The notes beneath the pieces are model-generated. The model was not told where the DNA came from. It saw nothing but the letters and a program-made list of their open reading frames with translations, and made no database searches. From Candidatus Dormiibacterota bacterium (GTDB lineage: Bacteria > Chloroflexota > Dormibacteria > Aeolococcales > Aeolococcaceae), in assembly GCA_963709585.1 (NCBI GenBank), contig CAVPXI010000021.1, forward strand, positions 64,001 to 128,000: DNA of 64,000 nt, in the 5' to 3' direction. A program made the translations under genes and the position numbers. Shown piece after piece: positions 10,266-21,884 of this stretch (position 1 is its first letter; the number at the start of each line of letters is the position of its first letter).

Positions 10266-10892
10266 GTGCCAGAGTTGGGCGTCGCTCAGCCCAGCCTCGC
10301 GGAGGTGTTCGTGACCCTCGAAGGATCGGCCCAACTCGACCTCGACGATGTCCGCGTCGGCGCCGCCTACGAGCTTGTCCGCGGCGACGAACGCCGGCGC
10401 GTTGCCGAGCTGAAACGCCTCCGCCGGATCCACCTCGGCGAAACGCTCGCCCTGGTGTTCGAGAGCCGGGAGACGATTCGCTCGACCCTCGAGGAGGCGC
10501 TGCGCACCGAGCGCATCGACGACCCGGATCGGGTCACCGGCGAGATCGCGGCGTTCAATGCGGTGGTGCCCGACCCCGGTCAGCTCGTCGCGGTGCTCTT
10601 CCTCGAGGTGGCCGATCCGGCCGACCTTGCAGCCGCCGCCGCGCACCTCGAGGGCGTCGAGGACAGCGTGTTCATCGAGGTCGCCGGAACCCGGGTCCGG
10701 GGGGTTCCCGAAACGATCTCACCCCCGGGTGAGAGCGCGCCGGCGCACTACCTCCGCTTCAGCCTCGGGTCGGAGCAACGCGCCGCGATCGTCGGTGGTT
10801 CGGCGATCGCCGCCGGGACCGACCATGCCAATCTCAGCGTGAGCGTCCAACTCGATGAGGACCAGCGCCGAGCGATCGTCGCCGATCTCTGA
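10266..10892 (+). CDS. DUF3501-like protein
   Basis: KRLRRIHLG...FESRETI...EALRTERI, HYLRF pattern; start could be 10311. Confidence 0.75.
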   Translation: MPELGVAQPSLAEVFVTLEGSAQLDLDDVRVGAAYELVRGDERRRVAELKRLRRIHLGETLALVFESRETIRSTLEEALRTERIDDPDRVTGEIAAFNAVVPDPGQLVAVLFLEVADPADLAAAAAHLEGVEDSVFIEVAGTRVRGVPETISPPGESAPAHYLRFSLGSEQRAAIVGGSAIAAGTDHANLSVSVQLDEDQRRAIVADL

Positions 10893-10911
10893 TTCCCGGC
10901 CCTCGCCGGCG

Positions 10912-12024
10912 TCAACGCCTGCCGGAGCTGCTGCTCAGTGCAACCTCCCGGTAAGCCGCGGCGGTCATGGTCGCGGTCTGCTCCCACGTGTAGCCGGCAG
11001 CGCGGTCGATGCCCGCATGGCGCATCCGCGCGGCGCGGACCGGTTCGGTGAGCACCGATTCGATGGCCGCCGACAGAGCGGCGGGATCGCCGGGTGGCAC
11101 CAGCACCGCCACGTCCAGGGTCAGCTGGGGAAGGTTCCCGACCGCCGTGGCGACCAGCGGCGCCGCGCATGCCATGGCCTCGAGCGCCGTCAACCCGAAG
11201 CCCTCATGCGTTGACGGCAGGACCACGAGCGCAGCCTGACGGTACAGCGACGCGAGGTCGTCATCGTCGACCGGCCCGCAGAGGACGATGCGCACGTGCC
11301 GCCGCCAGGCATCGGCGGCGAGGCGGTCGGCCTCGGGGCCCAGCACGCCGGCCAGGGCCAGCGGCGGACCCCCTCCGGGAAGCCGCTCCATCGCCTCGAG
11401 GAGGGTGTCGAGCCCTTTGCGCGGGTCGCGCGAACGCAGGCTCCCCACCCAGAGCACGAACGGTTCCTCGAGCCCCAGGGCCTCGGCGACCCGGGCATCG
11501 CGAAGCTTCGGCCGTCCCGAGAAAACCCGTCCGACCCCATGCGGCACCACGTGAATCCGCGCCGGGTCGAGATCAAGCGCGGCGATGGCCTCCTCCCGAG
11601 TTGTCTCGCTCACCGCGATGACCCCCGCGCACGCACGGATGACCGGGGCCAGGAGCGCTCCATAGAGGCGGCGCGCTGAGCCGGCGGCTCCCAGAGCCGG
11701 CGCCCCTCGCCACATCTCGACGTCGTGCAGCGTCACCACCTGGCGAGCTGTCGGGAAGCCGATGACCGGCTCCCCGCCGAGCCCATGGACCAGGTGCGGA
11801 TGCCCGGCGATCGCCTCGGCGAGCGCGTGCGGCTGCGCCTGGAGAAACCGCGCGGGGCGTGCCTCGCTCCAGGCGGGCGTGGCTGGAATGGACGGCGTGA
11901 CCTCGAGATCGGGCACCTGGCGCAGCGCGTCGATCAGCTGGCGCGCGTAGCGCCCGATCCCAGCGTCCCGACGGCCGTCGCTCAGACAGCTCGCCTCGAG
12001 CAGGACGCGCATCGGTCTCGGCAT
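10912..12024 (-). CDS. GT4 glycosyltransferase
   Basis: GIGRY, TLHD, RKG and [13 protein letters not shown] motifs. Confidence 0.9.
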   Translation of the reverse strand: MPRPMRVLLEASCLSDGRRDAGIGRYARQLIDALRQVPDLEVTPSIPATPAWSEARPARFLQAQPHALAEAIAGHPHLVHGLGGEPVIGFPTARQVVTLHDVEMWRGAPALGAAGSARRLYGALLAPVIRACAGVIAVSETTREEAIAALDLDPARIHVVPHGVGRVFSGRPKLRDARVAEALGLEEPFVLWVGSLRSRDPRKGLDTLLEAMERLPGGGPPLALAGVLGPEADRLAADAWRRHVRIVLCGPVDDDDLASLYRQAALVVLPSTHEGFGLTALEAMACAAPLVATAVGNLPQLTLDVAVLVPPGDPAALSAAIESVLTEPVRAARMRHAGIDRAAGYTWEQTATMTAAAYREVALSSSSGRR

Positions 12025-12075
12025 CGAGGCTTTGTAGCAGGCTCGGCACCCGGCACCGCTGGCACAATGGATTCG

Positions 12076-14244
12076 ATGCCGAACTCGCGTTCCCTCATGC
12101 CGTTCACCGCTCTCGTCGGCCAGGAGGCGATGAAGACCGCGCTGGTCCTCAACGCCATCAACCCGGGCATCGGTGGCGTGCTCATTCGGGGCCAGCGGGG
12201 CACCGCCAAGTCGACCGCGGTCCGGGCACTGGCCCGGCTGCTCCCCGAGATCGACGTCATCGCCGGATGCCGCTATCGGTGCGATCCCGACGAGCCGGCG
12301 ACGTGGTGCGATGACTGTCGCGCTCGCGCCGAAGCCGGGGTCGCCCCGGTCGTCGAGCGCCGCCGGACCCGGGTCGTGGAGTTGCCCGTCAACGCGTCAG
12401 AGGATCGCGTCGTCGGGACCATCGACACCGAGACCGCCATCAAGCTCGGGGAACGCCGATTCGAGCCGGGCCTCCTCGCCGACGCCAACCGCGGCATCCT
12501 CTACGTGGACGAGGTGAACCTGCTCGACGATCACATCGTCGACGTCCTCCTCGACGCCGCGGCGATGGGATGGAACGTCGTGGAGCGCGAGGGCATCTCC
12601 TTCTCGCACCCGTCGCGCTTCATCCTCGTGGGCACGATGAACCCCGAGGAGGGGGACCTTCGGCCTCAGCTGCTCGATCGCTTCGGGCTCTGCGTCGATA
12701 TCACCGGGCTCCGCGACCTCGACGAGCGGGTGCGCATCATGGAGCGCGATTCGCGCCGGAGCGAGGACGGAGCCGGCCTCGAGCGTGACTTCCTGGGCGA
12801 TGAGGACCACCTCAAGACGGTCATCCAGGAGGCCAAACTCTTGCTGCCGAGGGTGGAGATCCCGCCCACGATCGGGTGGTTCATCGCCCTGGTGTGCATC
12901 GACGCCGGTACGCTCGGCCATCGTGCCGACATCGTGGTGAGCAGCGCGGCGCGGACCGTGCGCGCCTGGGATGAAGCCGAGAAGGTGGTGCGAGCGCGGG
13001 TTTCGGGAGCCCCCGCCGAGGCGGACGACCGCCTGATCGTGACCACCGCCGACGCCACCACGGCGGCCGAGCTTGCGCTCGCCCATCGCCGGCGGAGCCG
13101 TCAGGACGGAGTGTCCCAAGCCGCCGGGACCGCCGCGGAACGCGCCCGCGAGCGGCTCGAGGAGATCGCGCAGGAGGCCGAGGCGGCGGTTGTGTCCGAG
13201 CAGACCTCCGAAGCGGGCGAGCAGCCGCCGGACAACTCCGGCAGCGGCGAGGAGGGCGAGAGCCCTGGCCAGGTGCAGGGCAGCGAGCAGGCGACCCAGG
13301 CGGTGACCCGGCGCAGCGCCGAGCAACTCTTCGAGGGCGAGATCTTCCCGGTACGGAAGATCGCGTTGCCCCGAGACCGCCGGAGCCGCGCCACGTCGGG
13401 CAAGCGCAGCTCGTCGCAGAGCAGCGACAAGCGCGGTCGCTACGTCCGGGCGACCCAGACCGAGAAGACGACCGACATCGCGTTCGACGCCACCATGCGC
13501 GCGGCGGCGCCGCACCAGATCCGCCGCCGCTCCGAGCAGCCCGCCGGCAAGGTCGGTCCGGCGATCCACGTCGAGCGCCAGGATCTCCGCCAGAAGGTAC
13601 GCCGCCGCCGCACCGGAACCCTGATCGTGTTCGTGGTCGACGCCAGCGCGTCGATGGATGCCGAACAACGCATGCAGGCGACCAAGGGCGCGGTGCTCTC
13701 CCTGCTCCGCGACGCGTATCTGCGTCGCGACAAGGTGTCGCTCGTGGTCTTCTCGGGCCGCGCCGCACGCGTGGTCCTCCAGCCCACAGCGTCGGTCGAC
13801 CTCGCCGAGCAGCGGCTGCAGCGGCTCACGGTGGGCGGGACGACGCCGTTGACCCACGGACTGGTCGCCGGGCTCCGGATCGTGCGCACCGAACGCCTGC
13901 GTGACCCGAGCGTGTATCCGTTGGTGGTGCTGATCAGCGACGGACGGGGGAACATCTCGCTCTTCGGCGAGGAGCCGCTCGTCGAGGCGCAGCGCATCGC
14001 GGAACAGCTCGGCGCCGACGGCGTGCACATGCTGGTCATCGACTCAGCGCGCGATCACACGACGCGACCGATACCCCGGGTCCAAGGTCACAGCCGGCCA
14101 CCGCTCTTCGGGGGCTATGGGTTCAACGCCTGCCGTGATCTCGCCGACCGCGCCGGCGGCGAGTATCTCGGGCTCTTCGATCTCTCCCAGGGCGCCATTG
14201 TCGAGGGTGTCGAGAAGACGCTTCGAGGTCGCATGGCACAATGA
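12076..14244 (+). CDS. Mg/Co-chelatase D-like subunit (AAA+ plus vWA)
   Basis: [26 protein letters not shown], acidic linker, MIDAS DASAS and ISDGRGN; CACAAT 7 nt before ATG 12076. Confidence 0.88.
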   Translation: MPNSRSLMPFTALVGQEAMKTALVLNAINPGIGGVLIRGQRGTAKSTAVRALARLLPEIDVIAGCRYRCDPDEPATWCDDCRARAEAGVAPVVERRRTRVVELPVNASEDRVVGTIDTETAIKLGERRFEPGLLADANRGILYVDEVNLLDDHIVDVLLDAAAMGWNVVEREGISFSHPSRFILVGTMNPEEGDLRPQLLDRFGLCVDITGLRDLDERVRIMERDSRRSEDGAGLERDFLGDEDHLKTVIQEAKLLLPRVEIPPTIGWFIALVCIDAGTLGHRADIVVSSAARTVRAWDEAEKVVRARVSGAPAEADDRLIVTTADATTAAELALAHRRRSRQDGVSQAAGTAAERARERLEEIAQEAEAAVVSEQTSEAGEQPPDNSGSGEEGESPGQVQGSEQATQAVTRRSAEQLFEGEIFPVRKIALPRDRRSRATSGKRSSSQSSDKRGRYVRATQTEKTTDIAFDATMRAAAPHQIRRRSEQPAGKVGPAIHVERQDLRQKVRRRRTGTLIVFVVDASASMDAEQRMQATKGAVLSLLRDAYLRRDKVSLVVFSGRAARVVLQPTASVDLAEQRLQRLTVGGTTPLTHGLVAGLRIVRTERLRDPSVYPLVVLISDGRGNISLFGEEPLVEAQRIAEQLGADGVHMLVIDSARDHTTRPIPRVQGHSRPPLFGGYGFNACRDLADRAGGEYLGLFDLSQGAIVEGVEKTLRGRMAQ

Positions 14245-15305
14245 ATGTGATGCAGACCGGCAGAAACGTGTTCCCGTTCACCGCGATCGTGGGACAGGAT
14301 CGGATGAAACAGGCTCTCGTTCTCAACGCGATCAACCCCGCGATCGGCGGTGTGCTGATCCGCGGAGAGAAGGGGACTGCGAAATCGACCGCTGTCCGCT
14401 CGCTGACGAAACTCCTGCCGGGCCTTGACGTCGTCGCCGATTGCCGCTACGGCTGCCCGCCCGATGACGCCGACTTGCAGTGCACCGAATGCACCGACCG
14501 TGTGGTGAGCGGGGAGACGCTGCCGCGCGGGCGCCGGCGGATGCGCGTGGTGGAATTGCCCATCAACGCATCCGAGGATCGCGTCGTCGGGGCCATCGAT
14601 ATCGAGGCGGCGATCAAACGCGGTGAGAAGGAGTTCGAGCCGGGCGTGCTCGCCGAAGCGAACCGCAACATCCTGTACGTCGACGAGGTGAACCTCCTCG
14701 ACGATCACATCGTCGACGTGCTCCTCGACGCCGCCGCGATGGGTCAGAACACCGTCGAGCGTGAGGGTGTCTCGGTGTCGCATCCGTCGCGCTTCATCCT
14801 CGTCGGCACCATGAACCCGGAGGAAGGCGAGCTTCGCCCGCAGTTGCTCGACCGTTTCGGGTTGTGCGTCGATGTCGAGGGCATTCGCGATGTTCGTCAG
14901 CGCGTCGAGATCGTTGAACGGCGCGAGGCGTTTGAAGAGGATCCCAGCGCGTTCGCCGCGCGTTTCGAGCCCACCGAGCGGGCGGAGGCCGACCGTATCG
15001 CGCACGCGATGTCGATGCTCTCCGACGTGGTGGTGGATCGCAACATCCTCGTGGCCATCGCCGCGCTGAGCATCGAGCTCGAGGTGGACGGCCACCGCGC
15101 CGACATCGTCACGCGCAAGGCCGCGCAGGCGCTTGCGGCGCACGAGGATCGCGCCGCTGTGGGGATCGACGACGTCGAGCACGTCGCGCCCATGGTGCTG
15201 GCCCACCGTGTCAAGCCCGGGCTCTCGGGGAGCCGCCGCGGGCTCGCCGATCTTGCGGAGATTCTGCGCACCGCGCACGACGGCGACGGCGCGCATCCAG
15301 CGTAG
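14241..15305 (+). CDS. Mg/Co-chelatase I-like AAA+ ATPase
   Basis: [42 protein letters not shown]. Confidence 0.9.
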   Translation: MNVMQTGRNVFPFTAIVGQDRMKQALVLNAINPAIGGVLIRGEKGTAKSTAVRSLTKLLPGLDVVADCRYGCPPDDADLQCTECTDRVVSGETLPRGRRRMRVVELPINASEDRVVGAIDIEAAIKRGEKEFEPGVLAEANRNILYVDEVNLLDDHIVDVLLDAAAMGQNTVEREGVSVSHPSRFILVGTMNPEEGELRPQLLDRFGLCVDVEGIRDVRQRVEIVERREAFEEDPSAFAARFEPTERAEADRIAHAMSMLSDVVVDRNILVAIAALSIELEVDGHRADIVTRKAAQALAAHEDRAAVGIDDVEHVAPMVLAHRVKPGLSGSRRGLADLAEILRTAHDGDGAHPA

Positions 15306-15322
15306 TCATCCCTCCGGCACGC

Positions 15323-17125
15323 ATGCGTCTTGACCGAATCCGCAACTTCAGCATCATCGCGCACATCGATCATGGCAAGTCCACCCTTGCCGACCGGCTG
15401 CTCGAGGCGACTGGGACGGTGGCGTTGCGCGACATGCAGGACCAGGTGCTCGACCAGCTCGACCTCGAACGCGAGCGCGGCATCACCATCAAGGCGCAGG
15501 CGGTTCGACTGGCGTACACCGCCGCCGACGGCATCGCCTACGAGTTGAATCTCATCGACACCCCTGGCCATGTCGACTTTGCGTATGAGGTGTCGCGATC
15601 GCTCGCCGCGTGCGAGGGCGCGTTGCTGGTCGTCGATGCCACCCAGGGCGTGGAGGCGCAGACCCTCGCCAACGTCTACCAGGCGCTCGACAATCACCTC
15701 GAGGTGATCCCGGTCATCAACAAGATCGACCTCGCCAACGCGGACGCCGAACTGGTCCGGCGTGAGATCGAAGAGGTCATCGGTATCCCCGCCGACGACG
15801 CCATCCTCACCAGTGCGCGCCAGGGCATCGGCATCGACCTGGTGCTCGAGGCGATCGTCAAGCGTGTGCCGCCTCCCAAGGGCGACCGCGACGGGTCGTT
15901 GCGGGCGCTTATCTTCGACGCGAAGTACGACGCGTACCGCGGAGTGGTCGTCTACGTCCGCATCGTGGATGGCCGCATCGCCGCCGGGATGCGCATCCGG
16001 ATGATGAACAACCAGAGTGAGTTCGTCGTCGACGAGGTGGGAGTCTTCGCCCCGGCGATGACGCCCGTCGACGAGCTGCTCTGTGGTGAGGTCGGGTACT
16101 TCATCGCCTCGATCAAGAATGTCCGTGACAGCAAGGTCGGCGACACGGTGACCGATGCCGCGCATCCCACGACGCATCCGCTGCCCGGCTACCGTGCGGT
16201 CACGCCGATGGTCTACGCCGGCATCTTCCCGGTCAACTCCGACGATGTCACCGACCTCAAGGAGGCCCTGCAGCGGCTCAATCTCAACGACGCGTCGCTG
16301 GTCTTCGAACCCGAATCGTCGGCGGCGCTCGGGTTCGGTTTCCGCTGCGGTTTCCTCGGGCTGCTCCACATGGAGATCGTCCAGGAGCGCCTGGAACGCG
16401 AGTTCAACCTCTCGTTGATCACGACCGCGCCGACCGTCGAATACCGGGTGCGACTCCGCTCGGGCGAGGTGATCGCCATCGACAACCCCGAGATGCTGCC
16501 CGACGCCTCGAACATCGACGCCATCGAGGAACCGCGAACCAAGGCGACGATCATCGTGCCGAGCACATATGTCGGTGCGATCATGGAACTGTGCCAGGAG
16601 CGCCGGGGTGAGTTCCAGCACATGGACTACCAGCCCGGGGACCGTGTCGCGCTCACCTATGACCTCCCGCTGGGCGAGATCATCCACGACTTCTACGACC
16701 AGTTGAAGTCGCGCAGCCGTGGCTATGCATCACTCGATTACGAGATCACCGGCTTCCGCGCCGAGTCGCTGGTCAAGCTCGACATCCTCGTCGGCGGGCA
16801 GCGTGTCGACGCGCTGAGCATGATCGTGCACCGCGACCGGGCGAACGCGAACGGCCGGAAGCTGGCCGAACGCCTGCGCAAGCTGATCCCGCGTCAGCTC
16901 TTCGAAGTGCCCATACAGGCAGCCATCGGTGGCAAGATCGTCGCCCGTGAAACCGTGTCTGCCATGCGCAAGGACGTGCTTGCCAAGTGCTACGGCGGAG
17001 ACATCACGCGGAAGCGCAAGCTGCTCGAGAAGCAGCGCGAAGGCAAGCGCCGCATGAAAAGGGTGGGCAACGTGGAGATTCCCCAGGAGGCATTCATGGC
17101 AGTCCTCAAGATGGACGAGCAGTAG
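15323..17125 (+). CDS. lepA: Elongation factor 4
   Basis: [20 protein letters not shown] and [17 protein letters not shown]. Confidence 0.98.
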   Translation: MRLDRIRNFSIIAHIDHGKSTLADRLLEATGTVALRDMQDQVLDQLDLERERGITIKAQAVRLAYTAADGIAYELNLIDTPGHVDFAYEVSRSLAACEGALLVVDATQGVEAQTLANVYQALDNHLEVIPVINKIDLANADAELVRREIEEVIGIPADDAILTSARQGIGIDLVLEAIVKRVPPPKGDRDGSLRALIFDAKYDAYRGVVVYVRIVDGRIAAGMRIRMMNNQSEFVVDEVGVFAPAMTPVDELLCGEVGYFIASIKNVRDSKVGDTVTDAAHPTTHPLPGYRAVTPMVYAGIFPVNSDDVTDLKEALQRLNLNDASLVFEPESSAALGFGFRCGFLGLLHMEIVQERLEREFNLSLITTAPTVEYRVRLRSGEVIAIDNPEMLPDASNIDAIEEPRTKATIIVPSTYVGAIMELCQERRGEFQHMDYQPGDRVALTYDLPLGEIIHDFYDQLKSRSRGYASLDYEITGFRAESLVKLDILVGGQRVDALSMIVHRDRANANGRKLAERLRKLIPRQLFEVPIQAAIGGKIVARETVSAMRKDVLAKCYGGDITRKRKLLEKQREGKRRMKRVGNVEIPQEAFMAVLKMDEQ

Positions 17126-17136
17126 GTGGACGCCTG

Positions 17137-17923
17137 ATGCCACGGCCGAATCCACCTCGCAAACGTCCGCGCCGGCGTCCCGACACCCAGGAACGGTCGG
17201 CGCGCGCCGAGGTCTCGCTTGCCAAGCAGACCGCGCAGGTCAAGGAGAAGAACGGCTCCGCGGACGGCCGGAAACCGTCAAATGCAAAACAGCCGGCGGC
17301 AAAGGCCGGCGCCAAGAGGATTCTTCGGGTCGCGCGGCGGCATGGACGAACCATTCATCCCGTGGGCCAAGCGCTCCTACCTGGTCCTGATCGCCCTGCT
17401 CGCCGCCGCCGAGGTCGTGGTCGGGTCGCTGGCATTCTTCACCCTCCCGAATCCGAAGCCCGCCTTCGGTCTATACGTCCTCGGGGTCAGCTACAACCCG
17501 CTGGTCCCGGTGGCGGCCGCGCTCGTCGCCGCGCCGCTCGCGAAGCTCATCACCAAGGAGATTCGCTCCCTGCGCTTCATGGAGTCGGCGATGGCGGGGA
17601 TCATGCAGTACTTCGTCTGGCTGGCCCTCTTCGTCGCTCTCACGTACCTGATCGGCGGCTTCAACTCGTCGAAGACCGCCGCGACGACCGTCTCGACGCC
17701 GACCGCCATCGTCGGGCTCATCGTCATCGACATCCTCAGCTTCGTGGGAACCTTCTACCTGTATCCGGTGCTCTACAAGTTCATGCGCAGGCGCCCGCCG
17801 CCGCGAGCTGCCTCCACGAGGAAGCCGAAGCCGGCGGAGTCCCCGCAGCGTGCGAAATCGATCGTCGACAGGATGGACGATGCGTCGGCGCGGGACCCAC
17901 AAGCGAAGGGCCCGACGCCATAA
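17137..17923 (+). CDS. Hypothetical multi-pass membrane protein with basic N-terminus (frameshift near 17320)
   Basis: ATG 17137 frame ..KAGAKR continues as GFFGSRGG.. in the 17219-17923 frame; about 4 TM helices. Confidence 0.65.
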
Positions 17924-17940
17924 CCGCCGGATTCGACGAC

Positions 17941-19095
17941 GTGCGCTCGCTCTACCTGCACATTCCGTTCTGCGAGCGGAAATGCGAGTACTGCGATTTC
18001 ACGAGCATCGCCGGAGTCACGGGGTCGGGCGAGTACATGGATGCACTCTGCGCTGAGGTCCGCCAGCTGGGCGGACGCCTCGGCAGGCTGTCCCTCGACA
18101 CCGTCTTCATCGGTGGGGGCACGCCGTCCCTGGTCGAGCCCGAGCTGCTCGCGGGCCTGGTTGCAACGGTTCGGAGCACGTTCTCGATCGCGGCCGGCGC
18201 CGAGGTGACCATGGAGGCGAACCCGTCGAGCATCAACACCGACCGTGCGCGGGTGTGGAAGGCGGCGGGGGTCAATCGGATCAGCATCGGCGTGCAGAGC
18301 CTCGAAGCCGACGCGTTGAGCTTTCTCGGCCGGGTGCACGACGCGGAGCGCGCCCTGACCGCCGTCGCCGAGGTGCGTGAGGCGGGCTTCACCGCCATCA
18401 ACTGCGACCTCATCTATGCCGTTCCGGGTCTCGGCGACACCCGCTGGCGGCGCACCCTCGAGCGCGTGGTTGCTGCCGGCCCCACGCACATCTCCTGCTA
18501 CGAGCTGACCGTCGAGCCCGGGACCCCGTTGCATACGCGGGTCCGCCGCGGACTGGTGAGGCCGGTCGAGGGCGTTCGCTCGATGCGCCAGCATCGCATC
18601 GCCGTCGAGGTGTTGGAGCGCGCGGGCTACGCGCAGTACGAGGTGAGCAACTTCGCGCTTCCCGGTGCCGAGTGCCGCCACAACCTCGTCTACTGGCACA
18701 ACGGGTACTACGCCGCTGCGGGCGTCGGCGCCCACGGGCATCTCCCGGCGGCGGCGGCCGCGGCGATCGGGCTGGAGGTCGAGGCCGGGGCGGTCTCGAT
18801 GCGCCACTGGCACGGGCGCGGCATCGCCGCCTACGGGCGCGCGGTCAGGGCGGGACAACTCCCCGTGGCCGGCTCGGAGCCGGTCGATCCGGGGATGCGC
18901 GAGCAGGAGCGGGTGATGCTCGGGTTGCGCCTCCGCGAGGGGGTGCGCGTCGGCGCATCGAGCCTCGACGAGGCCCGTTCGCTCGAGGGCCAGGGGCTTG
19001 TCGTCATCGACGGCGACCGGGTCCGCGCGACCGCTCGGGGCGAGGCCGTGCTCAACCAGGTCACGCTCCGATTGGTGGGCGACCAGGCTGCTTAG
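17941..19095 (+). CDS. hemW: Radical SAM heme chaperone HemW (HemN-like)
   Basis: LYLHIPFC...C.YCDF, GGGTPS, YEVSNF, HNLVYW; canonical lepA-hemW-hrcA context. Confidence 0.9.
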   Translation: MRSLYLHIPFCERKCEYCDFTSIAGVTGSGEYMDALCAEVRQLGGRLGRLSLDTVFIGGGTPSLVEPELLAGLVATVRSTFSIAAGAEVTMEANPSSINTDRARVWKAAGVNRISIGVQSLEADALSFLGRVHDAERALTAVAEVREAGFTAINCDLIYAVPGLGDTRWRRTLERVVAAGPTHISCYELTVEPGTPLHTRVRRGLVRPVEGVRSMRQHRIAVEVLERAGYAQYEVSNFALPGAECRHNLVYWHNGYYAAAGVGAHGHLPAAAAAAIGLEVEAGAVSMRHWHGRGIAAYGRAVRAGQLPVAGSEPVDPGMREQERVMLGLRLREGVRVGASSLDEARSLEGQGLVVIDGDRVRATARGEAVLNQVTLRLVGDQAA

Positions 19096-19104
19096 CTGGT
19101 ACGC

Positions 19105-19131
19105 TTAGCACTCAACCCTGACGAGTGCTAA
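19105..19131. promoter_or_regulatory. CIRCE operator
   Basis: Perfect TTAGCACTC-N9-GAGTGCTAA upstream of hrcA. Confidence 0.97.
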
Positions 19132-19171
19132 CAACGCCGGCGACCGGCCGCACCGTCGCCTCGGGCCACAC

Positions 19172-20209
19172 GTGCAACATCCAGTCCCTCTCGATCAGCG
19201 CAAGCAGCAGATCCTCAAGGCCGTCGTCGCGGACTACACCCGCACGGGCGTCCCGGTGGGGTCGGCGTCGCTCGCCGTCCATCTCGCCACCTGGTCGTCG
19301 GCGACCATCCGCAACGAGCTGGCCACGCTGAGCGAGGTCGGGTACCTGATCCAGCCGCACACCTCGGCCGGGCGCGTCCCCTCCGACCTTGGCTACCGCT
19401 ACTACGTCGACTTCCTCATGGACGAGGAGGACGTCCCGCAGGCGGTGCGGCGGCAGGTCGACCCCTTCTTCGTGGTGATGCCGACCAGCGTCGAGGACAT
19501 CCTCGAGATCGCCGCGACGGCGCTCGCGCAGGCCGCTGATGCGGTCAGCCTGGTCACCGCGCCACGCGCGCTCGGCGTCCGCGTCAAGCACCTCGACCTC
19601 GTCAAGCTCAACGACGGCCAGGCGCTGCTCGTGCTCGTTCTCGAAGGCAACCTCGTCCGCCAGCAGGCGCTGAATCTGACCTCGCCGACCGACCAATCGG
19701 TGCTCAGTGCCATCGCCGCCGGGCTCAACGCGGTCGTCGTCGGCCTCAACGCCGCCGGGATGTTGCGGCTTCCCGCGTCGGTCGGCACCCACGCCGCGCT
19801 CGAGCGCGACCTGCTCACTCAGATCATCGCCTTCATGACCGTGTGCGACGCCCAGCAGGACACGCTCATCCTTCACGACGGGGTGCGCAACCTGCTCCAT
19901 CAACCCGAGTTCGGCGACGTCGAACTCCTCCAGCAGGTCATCGAGGTGGTCGAGGAGGAGCGCATGCTCGCCGCCCTGATCAGCGCCGCCGACCTCGATC
20001 ACGGCATCCAGATCATGATCGGCCGCGAGAGCGGGATGGCCGAGCTGTCGCGCTGCAGCCTGGTGTTGACCACGTACCGCGCCGGCCCCGAACGCCGCGG
20101 CACCATCGGGGTGCTCGGATCCACGCGCATGGCGTATGCGCAGGTCGGGCCGCGGGTCCGCTACGTGGCCCAGCGGGTGGGGCGAGCCGTCGGGCGTGCT
20201 TTGAGCTGA
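19172..20209 (+). CDS. hrcA: Heat-inducible transcription repressor
   Basis: SSATIRNEL, QPHTSAGRVPS..GYRYYVD, GVLGSTRM.Y. Confidence 0.96.
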   Translation: MQHPVPLDQRKQQILKAVVADYTRTGVPVGSASLAVHLATWSSATIRNELATLSEVGYLIQPHTSAGRVPSDLGYRYYVDFLMDEEDVPQAVRRQVDPFFVVMPTSVEDILEIAATALAQAADAVSLVTAPRALGVRVKHLDLVKLNDGQALLVLVLEGNLVRQQALNLTSPTDQSVLSAIAAGLNAVVVGLNAAGMLRLPASVGTHAALERDLLTQIIAFMTVCDAQQDTLILHDGVRNLLHQPEFGDVELLQQVIEVVEEERMLAALISAADLDHGIQIMIGRESGMAELSRCSLVLTTYRAGPERRGTIGVLGSTRMAYAQVGPRVRYVAQRVGRAVGRALS

Positions 20210-20228
20210 CCGTGGGCATAGTGAGCGC

Positions 20229-20750
20229 ATGACGACGGACGAGCACGACATCGCGGCCACGCGTCCGGAGGTGGAGGCCGCCGACGACGAGGTCATCGCC
20301 GAGCAGCCGGATGAGCGTGACGCCCGCTATCTTCGCCTTGCCGCGGACTTCGAGAACTTCAAGCGGCGCAAGGCCCAGGAGATCGCCGACCTGCGCCGAT
20401 ACGAGAGCGAGGACGCGGCGCTCGCGCTGCTGCCCGTGCTCGACAACCTGCGCAGGGCTGTCGAGCACGCCGGCGAGGCGGGCGCCGAGGACTTCTTCGT
20501 GAGCGGCCTGCAGCTGGTGGTCCGCGAGTTCGAAACCGCCCTCGAGCGCATCGGTATCACTCCGGTGCCGGCCGTCGGCGAGCGCTTCGACCCGGCGATC
20601 CACAATGCGATTGCCGCAGAGGAATCCGACGACGTCGAGCACGACACCGTGGTCGCCGAGCTCGTCCCCGGCTACCGCCTCCATGACCGCCTGCTCCGGC
20701 CTGCGATCGTCCGCGTGGTGCGGCCCGGCAGCGCCGCCTCCGGGAGCTGA
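20229..20750 (+). CDS. grpE: Nucleotide exchange factor GrpE
   Basis: RLAADFENFKRR, LLPVLDNL, FDP..H.A, GY.L.DRLLRPA.V. Confidence 0.95.
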   Translation: MTTDEHDIAATRPEVEAADDEVIAEQPDERDARYLRLAADFENFKRRKAQEIADLRRYESEDAALALLPVLDNLRRAVEHAGEAGAEDFFVSGLQLVVREFETALERIGITPVPAVGERFDPAIHNAIAAEESDDVEHDTVVAELVPGYRLHDRLLRPAIVRVVRPGSAASGS

Positions 20751-21869
20751 GTGGTGGCGACCGTCAAGCGCGACTACTACGAGGTGCTCGGGGTCACCCG
20801 GGACTGCACCCCGGAGCAGTTGAAGACCGCATATCGCAAGCTCGCCATGCAGTACCACCCGGATCGCAACAACGGCGACAAGGGCGCCGAAGACCGGTTC
20901 AAGGAGGTCGGCGAGGCGTACTCGGTCCTCAGCGACCCCCAGAAGCGGCAGCGCTACGACGCTTTCGGCCACGTCGCCGACGGCCCGCAGCCCGACTTCG
21001 GCAACTTCTCATTCAACTCGGCGTTCGACCTCTTCGACATGTTCTTCGGTGGCGGCGGACGTCGCCGTGCGCACACCGGTCCGCAGCGTGGCGACGACCT
21101 TCGCATGAACGTCGAGATCACCTTCGAGGAGGCTGTGTTCGGCGCCAAGCGCACTGTCGAAGTTCCGCGGGCGACGCAGTGCGCGGAGTGCAACGGCTCG
21201 GGAGCCAGGCCGGGCACCACTGCCACGCAGTGCGCGACCTGCTCGGGGAGCGGACAGGTGCGCAGGACGATGCAGTCCATCTTCGGCCAGGTCGCGAGCG
21301 TCACCCCATGCCCGACCTGCCACGGCGAGGGGCAGGTGATCGCCGAGCCATGTTCGGTGTGTCGCGGGCAGGGCCGCATCCAGGGGCGGCACAACGTCGA
21401 GGTCACCATTCCCGCCGGCGTCGACGACGACGTGACCCTGCGCCTGACCGGCGAAGGGGAGCCGGGGCCGCGCGGTGGCCCCTCCGGAGACCTCTACCTC
21501 GGCTTCCGCGTGAAGCCGCATCCGAACCTCGTGCGCCGCGGTCAGGACCTGCTCTACGAGCTCCCCGTGTCCGTGCCTCAGGCCGTTCTCGGTGACACCA
21601 TCACGATCACGACCGTCGACGGTGAGCATCCCGTCGAGGTCCCGCCCGGTACGCAGCCGGGGCGTCAGATCAAGATGCACGGGTTGGGCGTGCCGCACGT
21701 GCGGACCGGGCGTCGCGGTGACCTCATCTGCATCGTGCGCGTTGTCGTGCCGAGCCATCTGGCCCACCAGGACCGTGCGCTGTACGAGCAGCTCGGGGGC
21801 CGCGAAGGCAAGCCGGCTGAAGTGAAGAAGGGGTTCTTCGACTCGATGCGCGAGGCGTTCCGAGGCTGA
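20751..21869 (+). CDS. dnaJ: Chaperone DnaJ
   Basis: J-domain HPD motif and four CxxCxGxG repeats. Confidence 0.97.
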   Translation: MVATVKRDYYEVLGVTRDCTPEQLKTAYRKLAMQYHPDRNNGDKGAEDRFKEVGEAYSVLSDPQKRQRYDAFGHVADGPQPDFGNFSFNSAFDLFDMFFGGGGRRRAHTGPQRGDDLRMNVEITFEEAVFGAKRTVEVPRATQCAECNGSGARPGTTATQCATCSGSGQVRRTMQSIFGQVASVTPCPTCHGEGQVIAEPCSVCRGQGRIQGRHNVEVTIPAGVDDDVTLRLTGEGEPGPRGGPSGDLYLGFRVKPHPNLVRRGQDLLYELPVSVPQAVLGDTITITTVDGEHPVEVPPGTQPGRQIKMHGLGVPHVRTGRRGDLICIVRVVVPSHLAHQDRALYEQLGGREGKPAEVKKGFFDSMREAFRG

Positions 21870-21884
21870 GGCCGCCTCGCCGCC

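Noticed and set aside
12076-15305. Evidence for phototrophy from chelatase subunits
   Set aside because: No bchH or other bch/puf genes in the window; I/D-like pairs are common in non-phototrophs
12397-16687. Long antisense ORFs such as 12397-14028 and 14897-16687
   Set aside because: Shadow frames of high-GC genes with no motifs
16987-19095. 702-aa HemW fusion ORF
   Set aside because: An open high-GC frame overlapping lepA and a frameshifted membrane gene; HemW homology starts near 17941
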